A stretch of DNA of 63,043 bases, the filler included, from Jimgerdemannia flammicorona (lineage: Eukaryota), in the NCBI GenBank assembly GCA_003990765.1. It is 3 parts of 3 records of this genome, joined end to end, with 100 filler letters (N's around TTAATTAATTAA, not from the genome) between each part and the next. Parts side by side here need not be neighbours in the genome. Positions count along the whole stretch, not along the records: positions 21,053 to 42,002 come from RBNJ01001561.1; 2 more parts are not named here. One strand, written 5' to 3'. This document shows, piece by piece, positions 25,299 through 35,878 of the stretch; the stretch's first letter is position 1, and the number at the start of each line of letters is the position of its first letter. The notes beneath the pieces are model-generated. The model saw only the letters and a list, made by a program, of their open reading frames with translations. It was not told where the DNA came from and searched no databases. Made by a program: the position numbers and the translations under genes.

Positions 25299-27359
25299 TG
25301 TAAGAGGGTTACTTTTTAGGGTGACCATTATGTAGTTCTGGAAAGGTTTTCTGGATATTCTGGATATTCTGGAAGACCGTTTTCTTATAGTCAAGATCAA
25401 TTTCGTATGGAGTACGTCCTCTATGCTTATTGATTTCAAGATCGGGTTGATGTCTCAACCAAAGTCCTTTTTTGGACTAGTTCTGGATGTTCAGGATTTT
25501 CCATATTTCAGGAAGTTCAAGAAACTAAGACCAGCTTAGTTGAATTGGTGTATCGCTGCAGACAATACCCAATTAGGAAATTTCGTGACGTGGTTAGGAA
25601 TGGGAGCGGATTTACTTAAGAGTAGTTTGTGGGTTATAGAATAGGTTTATTTGCTATTCATGATATTGCTATACTAGAAGTAGTTGTGTGAAGAGATATT
25701 GTGGGGAAGTATTTAGAAATATTCTTGTGTATTTGAGTCTGTTCAAGTCTGAGATTCTGAGGTCTGGGGGAGGGGGTATTTATACTAGTGAGGGGCTATC
25801 TGGACTATGCTAGATATGGATATAGCACTAAGTGCCTTGCTGAGTCAGAATATAGTCATGTAGTACAAGTGTGATCTGATATGTCAAGAGATCGTCTGAC
25901 TGCTGAGTCAGTTCACAGTCACGTCGTACAATGCTAATCTAACTATACTATGACTGCTAGGCTATTTATGAGTTTAGGCACTATCTGGGTAGTCTTCGAT
26001 GATATCACCATCGATTGTATCATCTCTGATGAAGTAGTCATCTAGGAATAATGGTTTGTGGATTACTTCTCCTTGTTCGCTGAGGTAATAGTACATTGGA
26101 ACTTCGTCTCCATCTCACAGAATAGCATCGTCTGTCTCATATGCTGGATAAGGTATTGGTGAATGAAGAAGTAGTGCATCATCTTCACTTTCATCGGATT
26201 CGCTGTCTGCATACCTTCTATAGGTTACGGCACTGTGAGTTGCGAGGTTGTAGTATGCTGGCGGCTGTGGTTCATGTTGCTCGTACTCTGGTGGTGGAGT
26301 GGTTGGTTCGATTTTGAGGGTTGTCTGGAGGTACAGGTTGTGTTCTCCGGTCTCTTCATTGTAGTTGAAGTAATCAGGGGTGAATGCGAGTTGGTATTCA
26401 TGCCAGTGGTCATTGTCCCAATAAGTCTCGTATACTGTTATGAACTATTGTAAGTTTATTGGCAAGGTTGGCAGAGTGATCAGGGTTGGCAGAGATCCTT
26501 GACTAGAGGTCATGTCGGTATCAGAGGGATCATTGTCTTCTGCTTCATCTTCATCGAAGTAGATTATATCATAGATGTCCTTCATGGCGTATCCAACTTG
26601 GGGCATTTGCAGGATTTGATCATTAGGGTGTGAGAAGATTCTATCTGTAGTTTCGATGTACTCGAGGTACTTGTGGTTGAGTTCTTATATCATGTTATCG
26701 ATTTGGCCATAGGACAGGGTAGCAACCATTTCGCTGGTAGTGACTTGGAGGCAGGGAATAATGGTACTATACTCATAGAAGAGTTCTCGATGTTTGCGGG
26801 CGATGAGCTTCTAGTGTTGAGACATCTGGGTAATGTCTGTATCGTGGTGGTATTCAACCATGTCTTCCAGGAGGCGGCTGATCTGGTAGTAGCTTGAGAT
26901 TTGTCTGATTCGGTGGGCCTTGCTAAGCATGTTCAGAGCATTCCATCAGGCTTCCACGAAGTAGAGGGGTGCCAGGCTATGGATATTCATGAGGAGCAGA
27001 GGGGGTGTGGCTCAGTTGACAATGGCATTCCAAATGTCAGCGCGGATATGGTTGTAGATCTCAGTGGTCATGTTTGTATATTTGGAAGTTGTGGTTGTTG
27101 TTTGTTTTGGTTCTCTGATTCGACGTGTCTCGGTGCTCGGTATATATGCATTTGGTCCTGATTGGTATGATTCTGTTTGTGTAAATCTTGTATTCCGTGA
27201 CTTCGTATTGACTTAGCTTTGTGTGCTGTGACTTCGGTTTGACTCAGCTTCGTGATCAAGCAGGTGATTTCCAGGTTTATTCAGAGGTCGTGTGTGATTT
27301 CAGTGCCTTGTTCAGAGGGTGATGTATAATTTCAGTGACTTAGAGGTTGTGCGCTTACA
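25299..27359 (-). mobile_element. Solo LTR of Gypsy family B (2061 bp) inserted in the PLE pLTR
   Basis: Reverse complement of 49648-51678; TG...CA ends; 5-bp TSD GAGCC at 25294-25298 and 27360-27364; the empty site is visible at about 21635. Confidence 0.93.
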
Positions 27360-27921
27360 GAGCCAATCCCAGTTACAGGATAAAAATCACAAACAAACAC
27401 AAATAAAACAAATCCAAATCAAGATTAAAAAACATCTGCAGACCCCAGAGGGGTGAGCGTGAGTAAGGGGTGAGGCTGAAACAGAGTGAGCTGCAGTGAG
27501 CCTAAGTGAAGCAAGGGGCCGAAGGCAGTGGAGGGGAGCGGAGTAAGGCCGAGACCCCGGAGCGAGTGCAAGACCCTGGAGGGGGCAAGGATGTTTTTTG
27601 ATCTCGATTTGGATTTGTTTTGTTTGTGTTTGTTTGTGATTTTTATCCTGCAACTGGGATTGACTCCCCCTTTATCTCCGCCTATCTCCGGCAGTCATGT
27701 GGTTCCTAATTCAGTTCGCCCCGAGTTGTGGTGTGTCCTCCCTTTTGGGACATTGTATTTTGTATATAAGGACTGTATTTCTACATGGCAATAAATAGCT
27801 GATGTATTTTCAGTTATGTTCTTTGTTCATCCCCCTTATATATGCCTTTCCACATGTCTTCTGTTCGCTTTGACACTGGCTCTGGATTCGTTCTCTTGGC
27901 TTCCACTGGGCCTTCTTCCTC

Positions 27922-30412
27922 CTTATATAATTCTTACTCTAAAATCTGGCAACATTGTACTAAGATAAGAGATGATATTATTTGTAATTATTGTAGGTAA
28001 AAAATTAAGATGCACCTATTGACACTTTTTATTTGACACATACATGATATTGTTTCATCTACTCTTATAAACTGCATCAGCCAGAAGTTCAAAATACTTA
28101 GTAGTATGACTTCAAATATGTATTGATACATAAAAGACAAGTACTCTAACAAAATTAAAAAGAACATGGAGATAAATAAAATCAATATCCAAGCTATGGT
28201 GGATACATTTATCTGATTGCCCAACCATTTCTGTATCAATAATGCCATTTAATCAAAAATATTTAGCCATACTCTTTGGCAGAATTTCAAAATCAGCTTA
28301 TTTACTGGATTGTATATACAGACTAGCCATTCACAACCATCAAGAGTGATTAATTATATAGTATCTTTGGTCTCCTCAAGCATAATTTATATTTGCTAAG
28401 TACCGATACTATTTACAAAGATATCCTGGAGGCCTATAGAAAGGAGCATGATAATCTCTGCCAGATACTTTAGGTAAAATAAGGGCAGTATCACAATCTT
28501 TGCAAGCTGAATTATATAAAAGAGCTCACCAATTTAACCTCATATTCAATAAGCAGAATTCAGTAGGTAAAATCTCATTTACAATTAATACATAGACATC
28601 CTCTAATACAATTTTATTTCTGGATATTACTGGTCATTAGATTGACCTCAATTAGTAGTTTAAATCTCTCACCCTTAACTTTATCAAACTTACTGGCCCT
28701 CATTCTAGAGATAACATCACAGATGCTTTTATTAGTTATATTCAGGAGCTTGAGATCATAACTAAGGTAAAAAAGGGGGACTTGTTATCAGGTTGGCATT
28801 TTGAGAGAGGTCCTAAAATAAACTAGATTTTATTGGTTATTTATTTTCACATAAATTTGCCAATTAAATATTTCAAGTACAGATTTTGGTCATTATGATA
28901 GATAATATTACAAACAACTTAACATTTTTCTAAGTTTTAGTGGCCAGCCTCAAACAGGAAAACATGGCCTTCAGTATAGAAAGCTACTGTATATAATACT
29001 AGGCCTACATACTGAATCTCACTATTCAGGACTATCTTATATATATAGACAAAACATCTGAGAGAGGAGGGGCCCTGAGTATAATTTCCAAGCTATGCAA
29101 ACTGGTTGTGTTGGTCTGATCATCTTCATAATGATGAGACAAATTTACTGCATAGTATAGAACCTTATATTAGATGTCTGTATATATTGGAACTCAACAT
29201 TTGCAATAATCCAGCATGTTCTGGAGTTTGCTGTAGTATGCATTCTTTTTTTCTTTGGTCAGCTGAAGTAACTTGTTTCAGATAATTGAAGATTTATTTT
29301 TTAAAAAAAAAAAAAACAAAAAAAGCCAATAGATTCAACAGTGGCTACTGATAAGGAAATATGAGCTGAGGCTCTAAGTGAAAGCAAGTGAGATGTACTT
29401 AGGAATATTGTCAGAGTTTTGGAAGTAAGTAGTAATTGCTCTGACTTTATACTCATTTTGTCTATCTCTACACTTGTTTTGTCTACCTCTATATAATGTA
29501 ACACCCTCACCATATATAACTGCCAGTGTTTCAATAATTATACAAATAATATAGTCAAACAAATGACCCTGACAATAAGCTCTACAATACTAGTATACAA
29601 TCTTCTGATTGACCAACTAGAGGACAAGCTCAAGGACAGGCTAGAGGGTTATAGTAATTTATAGTTAAGTCTGGATTAGAGAGATACCATGGAGGTTGCT
29701 CTAAGCAAGCTCAGAAAATACTACTTCCAAACAGATACTGACATATATTTAATTAGTACAAGTATGTTAATGTTGGCATATAGTTATTGCCTCTTCCAAA
29801 ACAGAGAAACCCCTACAAAAACTCACTCTTCTTTTCTTTGAATAGTGCTGGACTCACACTTAAAGCTATAATACTATAAAGATTAGGGCTGAGAGCAGCA
29901 CTTTATTGAGAGCACCAAGCAGGCCATAATCAAAGTTTATTGAAAAAACTATACACCACTACAAGGTTCTGGCTGAAGTCCAGATGAATATACTGAGGAA
30001 TCTCTTTTATCCCACATTTACTTTAGCAGAAAGAAGAAGAGGGAGCCATCAGTGAAAGAGCTACTGTCAATAGACAAACTTACCATTTATTTTTCCAGTA
30101 ACTGTATGATCCTGCTGGAGAGTGTGGAGGTGCTCAACTAATAGAAGGTAGGTTGTCAGGCAGACATTAGGCCAATTTAACCCACCAATCTAACCACTGC
30201 TCTACTCACCAGGGTGTGCAGCTACATCAAACAGACTTCTCTAACCTGTATGGTATGACTCAAGACTACCTAGTGATTCCTGCCTCTAGTGCTCCCATCA
30301 AGTAGATGTTCTTAGGTAGGGTGGACCTCATTGTCCCAAAGAGGTGTGCACTGAATGCTGAGATAATTCAGACATATATGTGTCTGAAGTCTTGGTGGGG
30401 CTTGGGTTGCTA
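27922..30412 (+). pseudogene. hAT transposase with introns; 5' end continues at about 21310-21377
   Basis: BED-like SKIWQH...CNYC; LTGPHS; IDNITNN; LILDVC..WNSTFA; C-terminal dimerisation motif DYLVIPASSAPI...CLKSWW. Confidence 0.9.
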
Positions 30413-30529
30413 AAATTCAGTGGGTCCTGAGAGTTTGTGGATAAGTTGGTTGGCCTTATAGAGTATTTAATATCTTTCAAAAATAATAAAAAGGAAAAAA
30501 AAACCTAAGGACTTAGCCTGGAGTTTACA

Positions 30530-31148
30530 GCCTAAGTAGGGCAGTAGTTGGTGGGATTAGTGGTAGTGGTGGAGAGAGTGTACAATATTTGTAGCCCTCT
30601 ACTAGTAGTAAGGAATAGCCCCAAGCTGTCAGTGCCTAGATTGGTGGGCAGGTTAGTGGGTGAGCATGGGGTTGGTGGAGGGAGTGTGCAAAATTTACAG
30701 CCCTCTACTAGCAGCAAGGGGCAACCCCAAGCTACAAGTGTCCAGATCAGGGAGATTGGTAGAGAGGGGGGGTAGGCAGAGGGGGGGGGTAGGCAGAGAG
30801 AGCATGCAAAATTTGTGGTCCTCTGCCAGTAGTGAGGGGCAGCCCCAAGCTATCAGTGCTCAGGTCAGTGGGTGGGATTAGTTGGTGAGGTTGGTGGGTA
30901 TGGGGTTGGTAGAGGGAGTGTGTGAAATTTGTGGCTCTCTATCAGTAGCAAGGGGTAGCCCTAAGCTATAAGTGTCCAGGATGAGTAGGGCAGGTGGAGA
31001 GAGTGCATGAAATTTGTAGCCCTCTGCTAGCAATATAGGAGCAGCTCTAAGCTGCTAAGAAGTCTGGGGCAGAGAGTGCTTCTGGCAGCCAGAGGGTACT
31101 TCTGGTAGTCAGAGGATATTTCTGGCAGTCAGAGGGTGCTTCTGGTGA
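30530..31148. repeat. Tandem repeats between the transposase and cargo gene (about five ~100-120 bp units, then ~20-bp units)
   Basis: Recurring AAATTTGTRGCCCTCTRCTAG...CCCCAAGCT; CAGAGGGTRCTTCTGG four times at about 31070-31146. Confidence 0.8.
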
Positions 31149-31450
31149 TCAAAGTCTACTATAGATCTGAGCCCTATCACCAGTTTGGATCCCATGGACA
31201 CCCTGGCCCTATATTATAGCACTACACTGGTGGCACTACAGAGCAGAGCCAAGGAACCTGTAGGGCCCTGCATAATGGCTAAGCTAGTGCTACAGAAGAG
31301 GTACCCAGTCTAACTCCCTACATAAGACTGTCCAACCTATATAAAATAACTGCTTAACCCTTATGAAAGATTGCCTAACCCTCATAAAAGATTGCCTAAC
31401 CCTCATAAAAGATTGCCTAACCCTCACAAAAACTACTCCACCTACTAGTC

Positions 31451-33586
31451 TCAGGCCTTGATGAGTCTATCATCTATTGTGAGTGTGATGACTATTGTGT
31501 CCAAGCTCTCCTCAAAGGCAATGGTACTATGGTGGTCATGTAGTTGGAATAGGATAGCTGTATTGGCTGCAAATGGGACCCCAAAATCATAGATGAGGTC
31601 ATACCAGACTTTACCACTATTCTCCCAGGTTGGGCCCTTCCTTTCCAGAATATAAAACATTACTAGAGTAATATTGTTATCTATGTATATAGGTAGAGAA
31701 ATATTATGCCTAATATATCCTAATATGATATGAGCATATAGTTAGATGAACCCTTGGCCCAGGACCTCATACTGCTAGGCTGTACTGGTGAATATCTGTC
31801 CTTGGTCCAGCCCTGAGAGTCCCAGCTTGGAAACCTGTCAAAATGGATGGCAATCAGTTAGTCCTTTTTGCATGCAGGGGGGCAGAAACCTCCCAGGCCA
31901 CAGAAATCCCCCAGGCTGCAGCACCCCAAAAAAGCAGAGCTCCTCACCTCATATGGTATGCTAAATTGTACCAAGAATATATATATAGTCATGCTGAGAT
32001 CACCACTAAGCTGGCCTATCATATACTCTACCAATCTGCTCAAAGAACCCCAGATCATAGCCACTACTGCTACACAGGCTATATTGTACTCACATATAGT
32101 TTACTCTTTAACAGTACTTCTAAAGTTCTAGTAGAGATACAGAATCTCATGTATTCCTGAAATTATATCAAAAAGAGTATGTTGGCAAAGAGTGTGATTT
32201 ATCTGAGAAAGAGTAAAAAAAAAGAGAGATAAGTGTGGGGGATTTCAGAACTCCAGAACCCACCCTTCACTAGTATTAAAGTATACCCAATTTCCATTCA
32301 AACCCCCCTTCTTGCTTTTTTTGCCCTCTCTTTCCTGCTATCTGGTATTTGATGCAATCCTCATAAATCTCATTGATATGGCAGCGAAGCTCATTACCAT
32401 AGAGGTTCCTTACCACCATTGCAACCACCTCTTTATGTTCATTAATAATAATATAGTTCTCTTCATTATTAGTTACTCCTGCTGGTCAATGGACCCCTTG
32501 GTCAAGAACAATTGGCTCTGATTCAAATATAGACCCCTAAGCCTTGATGACAATGCTAGTATTACTCATGCTGAACATCTTGCCCTCAAATTTCTCTATT
32601 TGATCAGACACTGGACATAGTTGAACTTGGATAACTTTGAACTCTCCTTTCCAATAGAACTGAGCCCTAATCTGAGGGACCAAGATAAGTATTCAGACAG
32701 ATTGTATGTGGATAGGTTACATGTAGATAGATTGCATACAGATAGGTTGGGTGTGGACAGGTTGCATGCAGACAGATTGTGTGTAGGTGGATTGTATATA
32801 GATAGGTTGTATGTGGGTGTAGGTGTTTTTTAGGGAGAGACCATATAAAAAATGAAATTAAATAAAATACAAAGATAGATATTTCAGAAAAAGAGCATAA
32901 GTGAGTAAGTGAGTGAGCTGCATACCGATGAGTTACATACTGATGAGTTGCACAAGTTGCACAAAATTGCTCATGAAGGCTTGCTTCTGTTCCTTTTGAG
33001 ACCTCTGCTATGCGATGTATTGACTCAACAGTTCAGTCACCAAAGATATGTCCTGCAATATCCACCAGCCTTTCTTTATCTTGATCGGATGTTGTGAATA
33101 AAGTCAGCAGATCTTGCTGTAGAGCTGTGGACCCTAAGAAAAGTATAAGATAAATTGGATTATACTAGAGAAATTTAAATAAATATAAGTAAACAAGTGG
33201 CAGCTAAGTGAGTAACCTACATCTACTATTGGCTGCTCTAAAAAGGCTGCCATGTATATAGCTGTGAGGTCTGTGAATTCTGAGGTCTGAAGGGCTGCCA
33301 TAAGTTATTGCTAGAATTCTCTCTTATCTCTGCCATCACCACCACCATCACCACTGCCATTACCACCACTATCACCATTGCCATCACCACTACCATCACC
33401 ACTGTCATCACTCCTTTGGCTCTTGATGAGCAGCTTATATACTGCCCATATGAGAAAGAATCTAACATTATTAGTAGAGAGTATGTTTCTACCTTGAATA
33501 CTCTCTCTTTTGGTAATCATTGCAGGGTGAAAAATGAGTAGACTGGACCAATGTATGAATTAAGGGCTGCTGTTTTGTTTGCTCAT
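31451..33586 (-). pseudogene. Multi-exon decayed gene resembling fungal TET/JBP 2OG-Fe(II) dioxygenases
   Basis: One frame from about 31835 to 31451 reads GYIRHNISLPIYIDNNITLVMFYILER...SGKVWYDLIYDFGVPFAANTAILFQLHDHHST. Single transition reversals restore HxD and FQP..HHGT. GT-AG introns upstream. Recognised by eye only. Confidence 0.55.
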
Positions 33587-33844
33587 GATGTGGTAGAAAA
33601 GAACAAAGAAAAATAACAAAGAAAAGAACAAAAGAAGAGAGGGAACAAAAGGAAAGGGTAATGTTACCAAAGTATGGTAGAAAAAAAATAATAAGAGTGA
33701 AATGAATAAAAGAAAGGGTGATGTCACTAAAGATTTCAATCCAGATCAGAGCATAAGACCAATCTGAGTTGATTCAAATCTATCACATAATGAATCTGAA
33801 TCAAATCTCATCTGGATCAACTCTATCTGTTTGGAGTACTACTT

Positions 33845-34530
33845 GGATATAGTAGTGATTTAGTATATAGTATAGGTGTTCTCTATATAGTATGATAATC
33901 TCTATATAATATAATGAGTTTCTTATGTAATTTCTACATAACAATTATATTTTCAAAAGTATGTGATTTCTGGCATAATGATCTTAGTGGTATTCTGTAT
34001 ATGGATTTGACAGATGACTCAATTTGATATAAACTCTCTTAAATTGACTTTTCTGAGAATATTAGATAACTTGATAACTTGGATAGCTCAGATGATACAA
34101 ATAACTCAGATGTTATGAATTCTTTCTAAATCAAGCTAACTGGGAATAGATAAATAACTTGGATGGCAGATAATTCAATAACTTAGATAACTCAATATCA
34201 TATATTCTTTCTAAATTAGTGGGCTTCTGAGAAATAACTCAGATGGTACAGATTCTTGATAAAGTTATATCAAAAACTGGCTTCATTTATACAGAGTTAC
34301 ATTATAGACTAGCTCTACTGTGAAGTTATATCAGAAGACTGACTTGTGGTAAGAATAGTAGGCTTCTCTGGAAATAACAGATAATCCAAATGTTAAGAGA
34401 CTTCTTGAAAATAGTAGCTCTTCCTTAAATAGCAGATTTTACTTCAAAAGATAGTGAAGTTCTTTACTCAAACTTTGGTAGCAAATCTTCAGACTTATCT
34501 GATAAGTGAATCAAAAATAGACTCATTCTT
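33845..34530 (-). repeat. Fragment of the LTR-like repeat seen at 14099-15121
   Basis: Reverse-complement match to about 14560-14850. Confidence 0.6.
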
Positions 34531-34575
34531 TACACTATATTATAATATATTGATCAATACTAGTAACATACCTAG

Positions 34576-35209
34576 TAGTACTCTAAATCAGTTAATTTAA
34601 TCCAGATTAGATTCAGATTGGATTTAGATTGAATCTCATCTGAATAAACTCAGATGGAAAATGAGTTGATCCAGATTGATTCAAATTAATCATTATTTTG
34701 ATTTCCAAATTAGACAATTAAATGTTTATATTAATAACTTAATAAATAATTATCTAATTTTGATGATCTTAGTATTATTTGAAAGCCCTTAATAAGGCCT
34801 TTCTAATGATATCAAGAATATCAAACTTAGATTACACATTGCCAAGCTATTAAGGAAAATGTTCTTTTGAAGAAATATCCAAAATTAGTAAGTCAAATAA
34901 TTTTTAAAATTGGTAAGTTAGATATTTTCCTTGATAACTAAGCAATATATGATCCAATTTCAATATTTTTGATATAATTAGAATGGCCTTATTAAAGGCT
35001 TTCAAATGATATCAAGATCATCAAAATTTGATAATTATTTATTAAGTTATTAATATAAATATTTAATTGTCTAATTTGGAAATCAAAACAATAGTTGATT
35101 TGAATCAATCTAGATAAGATTTGAATTCCATCTGAGTTGATCCAGATGAGATTCAATCTGAATCTAATTTAAATCTAATTTGGATTAAATTGACTCATTT
35201 AGAATACTA
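34576..35209. mobile_element. Fully palindromic hAT-family MITE (~630 bp) inserted in a Copia fragment
   Basis: TAGTACTCTAAAT...ATTTAGAATACTA; the two halves are reverse complements nearly to the centre; TSD not recognisable. Confidence 0.8.
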
Positions 35210-35878
35210 TAGATTACCAAACTATATGCTACTAAACTTTAGCTTTTATAATAGATGTATGATAAAAAAAGCTTCCTGATGACCTTTTTAGAAATAGATA
35301 AAGCAAGTAACTGGTATTCTTAATATAATATATATAGATATATATATCTATAGTCTCATATAAATGGCAATATACTTTAGAAAGAAGTATTTTATTACTT
35401 TCATTGACAATTATACTTATAAAGTCTATATATACTTTCTTATGATAAAGAATGAGATATTTAAAAAATTCTGAGAATTTAAGACAATTGTAGAGAATGA
35501 AATGAGATATAAGATACAGACCCTATACTTAAATAATAGTAAGAAATATATCAACAAAGCTTTCAGATACTTCTTGAAGAAGTATAATATCCAATACTCT
35601 ATAATAGCTCTCTATACATCTGAGTAGAATAGTGTAGTAGAGTACTTCAATTAAACAATAGTAGAGATGACTCAAATAATGATGAATATAACTAACTTAC
35701 TATACTTCTTCTGGGCTAAAGTAGTAAATATAATAGTATATATCTAAAATTATTATATTTCTTGAGCTTTAAGTAAAGACTCTAGCAGATTCAATAATAA
35801 TTAATAATCTAGAGAACAATAGTGATCTTATCTCTAAAGAATTATAAAGTAGATCTAAGCCAGATATTTTATATCTAT
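35210..35878 (+). mobile_element. Copia integrase fragment, same family as 3958-14098
   Basis: KYFITFIDNY motif at about 35385; colinear with 5410-5750. Confidence 0.8.

Larger units (their letters stand above)
21378..27921 (-). mobile_element. Penelope-like element family 1, endonuclease-deficient, with pLTRs and an inverted 5' pLTR segment
   Basis: PLE-type RT motifs (DKNHG, FYTLPKVYK, GIAMGMNCAPTLANL); pLTR copies at 21378-21880 and 25035-25298 + 27365-27603; inverted copy at about 27590-27921; no GIY-YIG domain seen. Confidence 0.85.
21053..33841 (+). mobile_element. Large hAT DNA transposon (left end not in contig) carrying a nested PLE and a convergent cargo gene
   Basis: Transposase motifs at 27922-30412; right terminus ...TTGGAGTACTA at 33841 with subterminal AATCTCATCTGGATCAACTC repeats shared with the MITE at 34576-35209. 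Confidence 0.65.

Noticed and set aside
21378..27921. DIRS/Ngaro tyrosine-recombinase element, suggested by the inverted termini
   Set aside because: RT motifs are PLE-type (GxAMGxNCAPxLANL, DKNxG); no RNase H or tyrosine recombinase was seen.
29301..29534. Separate minus-strand gene or poly(A) retro-insert inside the hAT
   Set aside because: The plus strand reads as intron plus a transposase exon (IDSTVATDKE...VLRNIVRVLE, then GTAAGT).
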